Source: Deinococcota bacterium
Lineage (GTDB): Bacteria; Deinococcota; Deinococci; Deinococcales; Thermaceae
Direction: 5' to 3'
DNA: 64,000 nucleotides
NCBI GenBank assembly: GCA_041695225.1
Contig: JBGFRI010000025.1
Coordinates: 1-64,000, forward strand
The translations under genes were made by a program, and so were the position numbers. The notes below the pieces were generated by a model. The model worked only from the letters and a program-made list of their open reading frames with translations. It was not told the origin of the DNA and did no database searches. Positions 34,559 through 48,019 of this stretch are shown one piece after another (positions within the stretch are counted from its first letter, which is position 1; each line of letters begins with the position of its first letter).

Positions 34559-35166
34559 GCGGAGTTAGCCTGGACAGAGCTCAAGGTGGTCTGAATGGCT
34601 AAACTGACCGCTTTAGCCTGAGTGGACAGGGGAAGATAGGCCTGCGGCTGGTGCAGGGCCAGGGTCTCGTCTGGGGGCAGGTGAATAAAGCCGGTGGGAA
34701 CGCCCTGGGGCAGCCAGGCCAGGGCCAGAAACATGACCTGGTTGCACAGATAGGTTCCGGCGCTGTTGCTCAGGAGGCCCGGGATGCCCTCCCTGCGCCA
34801 CTCGCTCTGAATCTTGCGCAAGGGTAGTCTGGAAGCCAGTGCCAGCGGGGCCTGGGGCAGAATGGTCTGGTCTTGCGGCCTGGCTCCGGCGTTGTCGGGA
34901 GTCTCGAAGTCCAGCAGATTCACGGCCAGGCGCTCAAGAGAGAGCAAGGGACGGTTTACCGCGAGGCCCAGATGGATTGCCGCAACGGGCTGGTAGGCCC
35001 GGTAGAGCCCCGCCAGCTCCTCCGGGGCACGCCGGGTGTCCACCGGCAGACGGGCTTTAATAATCTGGTGGTTTTGCAGATGCTCGGGCAGGAGCTCGAG
35101 GATGGCGCTGCTGGGGTTGTGGGACAGACCGGCAAGAGGCTCAAATCCCGTGACCAGAAGATTCAC
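34555..35166 (-). CDS. pcp: Pyroglutamyl-peptidase I
   Basis: LVTGFEP, ER.AVN, SAGTYLCN and GFIHLP motifs. Confidence 0.93.
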   Translation of the reverse strand: MNLLVTGFEPLAGLSHNPSSAILELLPEHLQNHQIIKARLPVDTRRAPEELAGLYRAYQPVAAIHLGLAVNRPLLSLERLAVNLLDFETPDNAGARPQDQTILPQAPLALASRLPLRKIQSEWRREGIPGLLSNSAGTYLCNQVMFLALAWLPQGVPTGFIHLPPDETLALHQPQAYLPLSTQAKAVSLAIQTTLSSVQANSA

Positions 35167-35261
35167 CCCGCTAGTTTATATCACCCGGCGAGATAAACTA
35201 AGTTACTCCCCCTGGGCATGGCCCGGGTGGAAGAGTGTGCGATGTGGATTGCAGCCTAAAT

Positions 35262-38216
<2,955 letters not shown>

Positions 38217-38624
38217 TGGCTAGTTCCAACCTTAGACGGACGGCTCTCGAAATATGGCATGAAGAGTGCCATAGAAAGGAAGAACCTCACACTCCAAGGA
38301 GGCCCCAGTTCCCATTCCCCCATCATTGCTAGGAGGCCGCAGTCCGACAAAGCAACCCAGTAGAAGCGCAGGCAGCGCTTGGCAAATAGGTTGGCTCTGG
38401 ATTATTACCCCTAAAGCTTGGTGTCGGGGTGGTCGTTGGCGGCGACTTTGGTGATGTCTTGGTCAGATGATGCTTGGGTGTAACTTAGGCGTAGGTTTCG
38501 CCAGGTTCCTTTTTTGATAGTGCTCTATCTACTGGGCGGCATCAGGGGAGCGCAAAAGACAAAAGCATTGGTAATCAAGGCAGGTCCCAAGGGCCGCCTT
38601 GGGGTTTTGTGCTACCTTGGACTT

Positions 38625-39026
38625 ATGGAAGAGCAGGGCCTTCAGTGCTTGCGGGCGGTTTGTGCCAGGTACCCGCAGGTGCAGGCGGTGTTTTTGTTTG
38701 GCTCGAGGGCCACTGGCAGGGCCCGGCCCGAGAGCGACTGGGATCTGGCCCTGTACCTGGAGCCGCCCGAGCCAGACCCCACGCTGGAAATTCTGGGTGA
38801 GCTGGTGGAGGCGGGCCTCGAGCGGGCCGATATTGTCTTGCTGCACCAGGCGCCTCCGGTGCTGGCCTTCGAGGCGGTGCGGGCCAACCGGGTGGTCTAC
38901 CGGCGGGAGGGGTTTGATCTGGGCAGTTACGTCTCGCGGCTGGTGCGGATGTACTGGGATTTAGAACCGCTCTTGAAGGTGCAGCGTGAGGCCATGAAGA
39001 GGCGGTGGTTGGGTGACCCGGCCTGA
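38625..39026 (+). CDS. mntA: MntA-type minimal nucleotidyltransferase antitoxin
   Basis: LFGSRATGRARPESDWD = GSx10DxD; coupled to a HEPN gene. Confidence 0.85.
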   Translation: MEEQGLQCLRAVCARYPQVQAVFLFGSRATGRARPESDWDLALYLEPPEPDPTLEILGELVEAGLERADIVLLHQAPPVLAFEAVRANRVVYRREGFDLGSYVSRLVRMYWDLEPLLKVQREAMKRRWLGDPA

Positions 39027-39426
39027 GGTTTTGCGGCGTCGACTTTTGCACCTCGAGGCTAACCTGCGGGTTCTAAGGGGACTGGCAAGGTATACCCTGG
39101 AGGAATTTCTGGCCAGCCCCGAGCGCTACGGCGCCACTGAGCGCTTTTTGCAGCTAGCCATCGAGGCCATCAACGATATGGCGGCTCATCTGGTGGCCGA
39201 CCAAGACTGGGGCAGCTTTGAGCGAAGCCGCGACCTGGTGGCGGTTTTTCACCAGCGGGGTCTGGTGGACGATGCGTTGGCCGAGCGCTGGCGGCGGATG
39301 ATCGGGTTTCGCAACCTGCTGGTGCATGAGTACCTGGAGATTGACCGCAGCAGGGTCTATCGGGTGTTGCAGGAAAATCTGGATGACATTGCGGCCCTTA
39401 GCTGGGTGTTTGCGCGGTTTCTGTAG
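39013..39426 (+). CDS. hepT: HepT-type HEPN (DUF86) ribonuclease toxin
   Basis: RNLLVHEY = Rx4HxY; overlaps mntA. Confidence 0.87.
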   Translation: MTRPEVLRRRLLHLEANLRVLRGLARYTLEEFLASPERYGATERFLQLAIEAINDMAAHLVADQDWGSFERSRDLVAVFHQRGLVDDALAERWRRMIGFRNLLVHEYLEIDRSRVYRVLQENLDDIAALSWVFARFL

Positions 39427-40567
39427 CCTCCAGTGCCGCCCACAGCCGCAGGATCAGGGGGTGGATGGTGCTGAGGTCTCTTGCTCGAATGCTCTTTTGG
39501 TCGGCCTCGAGGCAGTTCTCCGCCGCCATGCGCCCGATTTCAGACCTCAGAGGGCTCCACAAATCTAGCCCGGTGCGTTGTTCAATGCGGCCCACATCCA
39601 CCCCTTCGCGTAGCCTCAGGCCCAGCATCAGGGCTTCTTTTGCATGTTCCAGAGGGCTAATCGCTTCGACTACCTGTTCTTCACCTCGCAGCCAGCGGGG
39701 GAGTGGGGGGTTGGTGGTGCGCAGGGCGTAGGCTTTCCCTTCAGCGCTCTTTAGCAGGGGGGACAAAGAAGCTAAGAAGGCGGTGAAGGCGGGGTCGAGC
39801 TGACCCGTTGCGCTCGGGCCAAGCGTACCCCAGAAGCCCAGTTGCCAGTACAGCCGGTTGTGCTGGCTCTCCAGCCCGGGTTTGGCGAAGTTGGAGACCT
39901 CGTAGCGGGCGAGACCGGCTTGGCCCAGAACTTCCTCGGCCAGCTTTAGCGCGGTGGCCTCGAGGTCTGGGTCCGACCGAATGTTTCTGGTCGCAAAAGG
40001 CGTGCCGGGCTCAACCTGCAGGGTGTACGCCGAGACATGTCCCACCCCCAGGGCGGCAGCTTCGCGCAGGTCGGCGGCAAAGTCCTGTTCGGGCAGGCCC
40101 AGAATCAGGTCAACCGAGGTGCTAAAGCCTGCTTCAAGGCTTGCCTCCACCGCCCCAAGCGCCCCCTTGCGCCCATGCGCCCGCCCCAGAGTCTTCAGTA
40201 CCTTGTCCTGAAAACTCTGCGCACCGATCGAGAGCCGGTTCACGCCGTGGTCGCGCAAAAGTTGAAGCCGTTCGATATTGAGTGTACCGGGGTTGGCTTC
40301 CATCGTGACCTCGGCCCTGCTGATGTCCCAGGGCAAGGTTCCGAAAAGCTGTTCTAGCTCTCTGTTTCGCAAAAAACTGGGCGTACCCCCGCCAAAATAA
40401 AGCGTCGTCAGCGGCTGGGGGAAGTGCATGTAGAGGGTTCTGGCCTCCTGGTCCAGCCGTTCCAGGTACGCCCCCACTACGCCCCCATGCCGCCGGACCA
40501 CGTGAAAATCACAATATGGGCAGATGGTAGGGCAAAAAGGGACGTGGACGTATAAACCTTGCATCAT
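39398..40567 (-). CDS. hemW: Radical SAM heme chaperone HemW (HemN-like)
   Basis: YVHVPFCPTICPYCDF, GGGTPS, YEVSNF and HNRLYW motifs. Confidence 0.9.
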   Translation of the reverse strand: MMQGLYVHVPFCPTICPYCDFHVVRRHGGVVGAYLERLDQEARTLYMHFPQPLTTLYFGGGTPSFLRNRELEQLFGTLPWDISRAEVTMEANPGTLNIERLQLLRDHGVNRLSIGAQSFQDKVLKTLGRAHGRKGALGAVEASLEAGFSTSVDLILGLPEQDFAADLREAAALGVGHVSAYTLQVEPGTPFATRNIRSDPDLEATALKLAEEVLGQAGLARYEVSNFAKPGLESQHNRLYWQLGFWGTLGPSATGQLDPAFTAFLASLSPLLKSAEGKAYALRTTNPPLPRWLRGEEQVVEAISPLEHAKEALMLGLRLREGVDVGRIEQRTGLDLWSPLRSEIGRMAAENCLEADQKSIRARDLSTIHPLILRLWAALEATETAQTPS

Positions 40568-40955
40568 CCGCCAAGGGGCGCGTGAGGTGCATACTCGCTT
40601 TGCGAGTAGCCTGCGTTTCTCAGACTTTTGTCAGCAAAGCTTGGGGCATGGCTCATCAGATTAGTATAGTCGGCACCCAAGCAGGTGTGGCCCGCACCCC
40701 GATAGACAAGACACCGGTGGTGTAACCGATTCTTTTGCAGTGCTGCACATACCTCAACCGCCCTGCACCCCTGGCAATTGGCGCCCTGCCAGCGTAGTTC
40801 AGGCTGGGGGCTTCGGCGATGGCAGGGGGTTGTGGGCCAGTGAAAGATAGGCGGTAAGCCCGAACTCCAAAACCACAGATTAAAGACACGGCAGGGCGAT
40901 AAGTTGCGGGTCGCCCAACAACACGCTGGGACTACCTTTAATATAAGGAGAAAAT

Positions 40956-42194
40956 ATGCTAGAACCCGAGCGAACCATAGCCGAACTCAAAGAACTGCGA
41001 GCCCTCACCAGCGACCAAAGCGGGGCCCAGCGGCTGGCCTGGAGCGATACCTGGCTAAAAGCCCGGGAGTGGTTTGCTTCCAAACTGACGGGCCTGCCGG
41101 TTGAACATCATTACGACTCAGCAGGCAATAACTGGGTTACCCTGAGGGGCCAGTCAGAAAAAGCTCTGCTGATTGGCAGCCACCTGGACTCAGTGCCGGG
41201 CGGGGGCTGGCTGGATGGCTGCCTGGGGGTACTGGCGGGGCTTGAGGTCTTGCGCCGGATTTCCCACCAGTACCAGGGAAAACCCCCCATCACGGTGCGC
41301 TTAGTTGACTGGGCCGACGAAGAGGGGGCGCGTTTTGGACGGAGCCTGCTGGGCTCCTCGGCCTTTGCCGGAACCCATACCATCGAGGCTGACCGGGGCC
41401 GCACCGACCGGGACGGTGTTCGCCTGGAAGACGCCCTCAGGCGGTGTGGGGTGGAGATTGACCGCTTTCCCCAGGCCCAGGCCGAGCAAAAAAACGCTTC
41501 AGCTTACCTCGAGCTGCATATCGAGCAGGGCCCGGTACTGCTGGACCAAGGCCTGCCCCTGGGGGTGGTGCTGGGTACCAAGGGTGTGGAGCGCCACGCC
41601 ATCACCTTTCACGGCCAGGAGGCCCACTCCGGCGCTACCCCCATGAACCGCCGCAAAGATGCCCTGGCTGCTGCCGCCAGGCTGGCGCTGGAGATCCGCC
41701 CCATTGCCATGAAGCACCCCGATGCGGTCTGTACCATGGGTAGCCTCAAGACCTTTCCCGGCATCGCCACAGCGGTGGTGGGGCGGTGCGAGGCTACCCT
41801 CGACCAGCGCGACCTAAAGGCGGCGGTGCTGGCCCAGATGCTGGCCGAGGCCCGCCAGGCCAGCCAGCGCTTTGCCAAAGAGGAAGACTGCACGGTGGAG
41901 TGGAGCCCTATCTGGAGCATCGAGCCGATCCAGTTCCACCCCCGGTTGATTGAATACTGCCAGGAGGCCATCCGCGAGGTGGCCGGGGTCTCGCACCGCC
42001 TGCCCTCGGGGCCGCTGCACGACGCGGCAGAGGTTGCCCGTGCGGGCATCCCTACCGCCATGATCTTCGTGCAGAGCCTGCATGGCATCAGCCACAACAA
42101 GCTGGAAGACACCACCGAAGACCACCTGAAGCTGGCCGTGCAGGCCCTGGACAGGCTAGCCGACAAGACCATGCACTGGATTCTGGCGCAGTAA
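40956..42194 (+). CDS. M20 Zn amidohydrolase (allantoate amidohydrolase / N-carbamoylase family)
   Basis: GSHLDSVP.GG.LDG, DEEG.RF, ELHIEQGP and SGPLHDA motifs. Confidence 0.9.
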   Translation: MLEPERTIAELKELRALTSDQSGAQRLAWSDTWLKAREWFASKLTGLPVEHHYDSAGNNWVTLRGQSEKALLIGSHLDSVPGGGWLDGCLGVLAGLEVLRRISHQYQGKPPITVRLVDWADEEGARFGRSLLGSSAFAGTHTIEADRGRTDRDGVRLEDALRRCGVEIDRFPQAQAEQKNASAYLELHIEQGPVLLDQGLPLGVVLGTKGVERHAITFHGQEAHSGATPMNRRKDALAAAARLALEIRPIAMKHPDAVCTMGSLKTFPGIATAVVGRCEATLDQRDLKAAVLAQMLAEARQASQRFAKEEDCTVEWSPIWSIEPIQFHPRLIEYCQEAIREVAGVSHRLPSGPLHDAAEVARAGIPTAMIFVQSLHGISHNKLEDTTEDHLKLAVQALDRLADKTMHWILAQ

Positions 42195-42239
42195 ACTTAG
42201 CAAGAGGCGGTAAGCAGCCTTTTGCTGGGGGTACTGCGC

Positions 42240-42968
42240 ATGAGCCTTCCTACCCTGCGACAGATCCTGGAACTGCCTGCGTTTGCTGGTACCGAGGTGC
42301 TCTCGGGTGAGGCCAGGCTGGACACCCCGATTACCTGGGTGCATGTGGCCGAGGTGCTGGATGTGGCCCGGCTCCTGTCGGGGAGCGAGCTGCTGCTATC
42401 AACTGGCCTCGAGCTCTCCCGCATTACACCCCAGAAGCACTCGGAGTATCTGCGCTCGCTGGTCGAGGCTGGGGTAGCGGGGCTGGCGCTGGAACTGGTG
42501 CACTGGCTACAGGAGGTGCCCCACGAGATGCTCTACACCGCCCAGATACTACACTTCCCGGTGCTGGCCTTTCGCACCGAGGTGCGCTTTGCCGAGCTGA
42601 CCCGCGCTGCGCACCAGCGGATTCTGCGCCCTGGCGCCGATAGGGAAGAGCCGCTTTTGCACTCCCTGCTGGAAGCCCTGGTCGAGACGGGTCGTGATGA
42701 GAGCTTTCTAAAGCGTCAACTGGGAAACGTCTTGAGCCTGCCCAGCCGCCCCCGGAGCACCCTGCTGGCCACCCTGGAGACCCTGCTGTCCTCGCAGTTC
42801 AACATCGCCGAGACGGCCCGCAAGCTGGGAGTTCGCCGGCAGAGCGTCTACTACCGCTTAGAACAACTAAAGGCCATGCTGGGTGAGCTGGACAGCCCGG
42901 AACGGCGGCTGGGGCTGTGGGTGGCGCTGGAACTGCTCAAGCGTAACAACTATAGCGACATTTCTTGA
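42240..42968 (+). CDS. PucR family transcriptional regulator
   Basis: N-terminal WVHVAE...ELLLSTG; C-terminal HTH (ARKLGVRRQSVYYRL). Confidence 0.88.
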   Translation: MSLPTLRQILELPAFAGTEVLSGEARLDTPITWVHVAEVLDVARLLSGSELLLSTGLELSRITPQKHSEYLRSLVEAGVAGLALELVHWLQEVPHEMLYTAQILHFPVLAFRTEVRFAELTRAAHQRILRPGADREEPLLHSLLEALVETGRDESFLKRQLGNVLSLPSRPRSTLLATLETLLSSQFNIAETARKLGVRRQSVYYRLEQLKAMLGELDSPERRLGLWVALELLKRNNYSDIS

Positions 42969-42999
42969 CCAGATCGCTTTCTGCCCTCAGAATGATGGA

Positions 43000-43210
43000 G
43001 CGTTGAGCCGCAGGAGTAACCCGGTATTCAGCCACAGCGAGCTCGGGAGGGTGTGAGCCGAGCGGCTTAGAACCGGGTGAAGGGCAGCGGACTACCTGAC
43101 CAACGCAGCTCAAAGGGCCTCGAGGCCAGCTCGGGGAACTGGGGTGGAACCGCGAAAGGACCGGTATCGAACTTTCGTCCCCAGGCATTCGTGCCGGGGG
43201 CGTTTTGTTG
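43000..43210 (+). promoter_or_regulatory. T-box riboswitch, glycine specifier
   Basis: Stem I with AGCGA and GTGTGA loops; GAA-G-GGC specifier (GGC 43083-85); T-box AACTGGGGTGGAACCGCG (43137-54); terminator 43177-43207. Confidence 0.92.
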
Positions 43211-43302
43211 TCCGGCGCTGGTTGGCGGAAAGTGTTGGGGAGAATCCGCAGGGCTTTTGACCCTCTACCCCAGACCCTAGACGCGACCGAAGGGAGCAAA
43301 AT

Positions 43303-44829
<1,527 letters not shown>

Positions 44830-44863
44830 ATTGCTGATTGTGGACCGATGCATGCCGTTTACG

Positions 44864-44970
44864 GCTGTCTCAGGTCGCAAGTTGCAGGTCGGGTCGAGGG
44901 TCACACAAAATGTCAAGGGTCAAGGGTCAAGGGTCGAGAGCTTTGGCCTAGACGCTAAACTCTAGACTTT
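44864..44970. repeat. Heptamer tandem repeats
   Basis: aggtcgc aagttgc aggtc; aagggtc x3; tagacgc taaactc tagactt. Confidence 0.75.
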
Positions 44971-45064
44971 TATTGCTTCTGCCCGTGGATGAGGGTGGAG
45001 CATGGTGACAACGTTGTTACTGGACCAGTAGTGGAACATCCGTGAACTTGCTACAGCCAGACTT

Positions 45065-45481
45065 TCAGGGCTGCTCTGGCCCGTCTAGATAGCGCCCGGA
45101 AAAGGCGTGGGGTAAAAGCTCGCCTACCGTGGTGTGTAATTCGGGGCCAGCTACGCTCAAACAGTGAACCGGAACCTGGGGGCTGGCAAACTCGGAGAGA
45201 ATTTGCCGGCACCCACCGCACGGGGTTGCTGGTTTTTCACCCCTGCTCAGTATCCAGACCTCGGCGATCTCGAGCTCTCCCGCAGAAACCATCTGCGAGG
45301 TGGCGGACTGTTCGGCGCAGCGCGAGAGCGGGTAGGCGGCGTTCTCTACATTGACCCCACCATAAAACCGGCCCGACGCCGACTTAATCACTGCCGCTAC
45401 GGCAAAGCGCGAGTACGGCGAGTAGGAACGCGATAGCAGCAGGTGCAGGTTCTCTAAAACTTCTGGGGGTGTTTGGGACAC
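45065..45481 (-). CDS. cdd: Cytidine deaminase
   Basis: YSPYS, NVENAAY..CAE and PCGGCRQ motifs. Confidence 0.95.
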   Translation of the reverse strand: MSQTPPEVLENLHLLLSRSYSPYSRFAVAAVIKSASGRFYGGVNVENAAYPLSRCAEQSATSQMVSAGELEIAEVWILSRGEKPATPCGGCRQILSEFASPQVPVHCLSVAGPELHTTVGELLPHAFSGRYLDGPEQP

Positions 45482-45582
45482 CCTCTTAGCATAGCAGGGT
45501 TGTGGCTGCGCCGAAGGTCTGGTGCAACCCAGCTAAAGGGCGCCGCCTACAAGGTGGGTCCGACGATACCTGACTCTCACGC

Positions 45583-46944
45583 TCAGTCAGATGCCACCGA
45601 CTCACTGGGGGTTTCGCCATTACTGTCCTGGAGTGCTTTCCTCTGGGCCCGCACCCGCTCAATGCCTCTGGGGTCGGCGGTCTCGACAATAAACTCCATG
45701 CCACCGTAATCGAGCCTCTCTCCTGCTTCGGGAATGTGTCCGAACTCGTGCATCAAGAAGCCGGAAAGGGTGTCGTACTCGCCATTAGGAAGCTCGATGC
45801 CCAGCTTGTCCGAGGCATCTTGCAGGGGAATCGAGGCATCCAGCATGAACACCCCGTCTGAGACTTCCTGTATCGGGGCCACCTCTTCCTCGTCGGACTC
45901 GTCGTAAATTTCCCCAATAATCTCTTCGATGATGTCCTCGAGGGTAACCAGGCCCGAAGTGCCCTTGAACTCGTCTACCACAATGGCCATGTGGGTTTTG
46001 CGGCGGCGCATCTCGCGCAACAATTCCCTGGCTCCCATGGTCTCGGGCACAAAATAGGCGGGGTGGCAGACGCTGACCACCTTGGAATTGTCCAGCACAG
46101 CACCGGTGTACTCCAGAAGGTCTTTGGCGTAGGCGATCCCGATGATGTTGTCCACGGTATCGCGAAAGACCGGAACCCGGGAGTACCGGTGTTCTCTGGC
46201 AGTATTCCAGAACTCCCGTAGCGTGGCATCCGCCGAGATGGTAACCATCTCCACTCGAGGCACCATAATGGCCCGCACCGGGGTTTCCTCGAGGTCCAGA
46301 ATCTGGCTGATGATCTCGCCCTCGCTGGCGTCCAGCACGCCCTCTTTGGACGAGGCCTCTACAATCAGTTTGAGTTCCTCGGCCGAGCCGACCATCGAGT
46401 TTGAGGCCGAGGGCTTTAGCCTCATCAGGCGCAAGACCAGGTTTCCCGAGCGGTTCAGTAGCCAGACGAAGGGATAGGTGAGGCGCTGGAACAGATTGAG
46501 CGGGATGATCACCAGCGAGGCAACCTGCTCGGTGCGCTGGAGCGACAGACCCTTGGGCACCAGCTCCCCGATAATAATGGTGAAGTAGGTTATCAGCAGA
46601 ATTGCTATTACAAACCCCACTGATCGGGCAATTTCCTCGCCGAAACCGCCCAGCAAAAACGTCAGCACCGGCAGGATCAGGCGGGTAACGTAGGGCTCGC
46701 CATAAGCACCCAGAATAAGACCCATCACGGTTATGCCAAGCTGGGTAGTGGCGATATAGGTGTCGAGCTTTTTGATGGCCTCTTTGAGCAGCTTACCAAC
46801 AATCGAACCGGTCTCGGCAAGCTGCTCTACCCGGCTGCGCCGGATGGCTACTAGCGAGAACTCGGCGGCCACAAAGAAGGCGTTGATCAGGATCAGTAGA
46901 AAAACGATGCCGATTTGCAGGAAACTACCAGCGATATCTTCCAT
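45583..46944 (-). CDS. Hemolysin-family / CNNM (DUF21-CBS-CorC) protein
   Basis: NAFFVAAEF, GELVPK, MVPR, VVDEF and TLEDIIEEIIGEI motifs; start could be 46968. Confidence 0.92.
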   Translation of the reverse strand: MEDIAGSFLQIGIVFLLILINAFFVAAEFSLVAIRRSRVEQLAETGSIVGKLLKEAIKKLDTYIATTQLGITVMGLILGAYGEPYVTRLILPVLTFLLGGFGEEIARSVGFVIAILLITYFTIIIGELVPKGLSLQRTEQVASLVIIPLNLFQRLTYPFVWLLNRSGNLVLRLMRLKPSASNSMVGSAEELKLIVEASSKEGVLDASEGEIISQILDLEETPVRAIMVPRVEMVTISADATLREFWNTAREHRYSRVPVFRDTVDNIIGIAYAKDLLEYTGAVLDNSKVVSVCHPAYFVPETMGARELLREMRRRKTHMAIVVDEFKGTSGLVTLEDIIEEIIGEIYDESDEEEVAPIQEVSDGVFMLDASIPLQDASDKLGIELPNGEYDTLSGFLMHEFGHIPEAGERLDYGGMEFIVETADPRGIERVRAQRKALQDSNGETPSESVASD

Positions 46945-47048
46945 ATAGTTCGCGTCCGGCCCATCCAAAGCTAAAATGCCCTGGAGTATTCCAAAGCGAG
47001 GCCAGGGCCAGGTTTAGAGGGGTAGTCCATACGCTACTAGCTGGAAGT

Positions 47049-47453
47049 TTACCACAGCCCCAAGCGGTCTACAAGCGCCGGAATAAACAGGATAATCCCG
47101 ATCAGAGCTGCAATTGCGCTGGCAACCAGGACCGCTGCCGCCGCTAAGTCCTTGGCGGCCTTGGCCAGTGGGTGATAATTAGGTGAGACCAGGTCCACCA
47201 CTGCTTCCAGGGCGGTGTTGACCAGCTCGAGCCCCAAGACCAGGGCAATGAGCAGCAGAACCGGAACCAAGGAGACCTGCAACCAGAGCGCCAGGGCAAG
47301 CGCCAGAACCCCGATATAAACCTTCAGGCGAAAATTGCGCTGGTTTTTCCAGGCGAATAAAAACCCAGCCCAGGCATAGCTAAACGAGGCGCGTATTCCC
47401 CGCAGGAGCACTGGATCGGAGCTGGGCTTGGGCGGAGGGGTGAGGGTAGGCAT
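47049..47453 (-). CDS. dgkA: Diacylglycerol/undecaprenol kinase
   Basis: ELVNTALEAVVD and AKDLAAAAV motifs. Confidence 0.9.
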   Translation of the reverse strand: MPTLTPPPKPSSDPVLLRGIRASFSYAWAGFLFAWKNQRNFRLKVYIGVLALALALWLQVSLVPVLLLIALVLGLELVNTALEAVVDLVSPNYHPLAKAAKDLAAAAVLVASAIAALIGIILFIPALVDRLGLW

Positions 47454-47589
47454 GACTTATCTATGATTTAAGGACTGGGCCAGAGGCCGGAATACTTCAT
47501 CAGGGCGGGATAGGTCAGGTCAGAGATCTCGCAAAAACCTTTTCTGGCCTTCGAGTCTCGACGTACATCAGCACTAGCTTACCTTACCA

Positions 47590-48015
47590 CTAAAGCTCCA
47601 GTATCCGGGCCTGTACCGCACGGAAGCCAGCCCAGTCAGACCAGGTAGGGTGGTCGTGTCCAAGCAGGTGCCAGAGCCCGTGTGCTGCCAGAGTTTTTAC
47701 CTCTCTAACCAGGCTGTGCCCCTGCTCTTCTGCCTGGCGTCGGGCGGTATCCAGGCTAATCACGATGTCGCCCAGATGAGCCGGTATAAAGGGATCGCCG
47801 GGTTCAAAGGTGGGGAACGACAGTACATCGGTGGGCTGGTCTTCTCCCCAGTAATGCTTTTTTAGGGCTCCAATCTCACCGTCAGAAACCAGCAGCAAAG
47901 TGACTGCTTTATCTGGATGCCCCAGCTCGACCAATAGCCTCGATAGGGCCCTGCTGACCTGAGGGCCCAGTCCCCGGGGTAGTGTGGTCTTGGTTATCAG
48001 GTCTATCTGTGCCAC
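47590..48015 (-). CDS. ybeY: rRNA maturation RNase YbeY
   Basis: PTDVLSF, LGDIVIS and HGLWHLLGHDH motifs. Confidence 0.95.
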   Translation of the reverse strand: MAQIDLITKTTLPRGLGPQVSRALSRLLVELGHPDKAVTLLLVSDGEIGALKKHYWGEDQPTDVLSFPTFEPGDPFIPAHLGDIVISLDTARRQAEEQGHSLVREVKTLAAHGLWHLLGHDHPTWSDWAGFRAVQARILEL

Positions 48016-48019
48016 TGGC

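Noticed and set aside
38220..38600. Possible transposase or gene remnant upstream of mntA
   Set aside because: Only vague peptide fragments; no terminal repeats or catalytic motifs identified.
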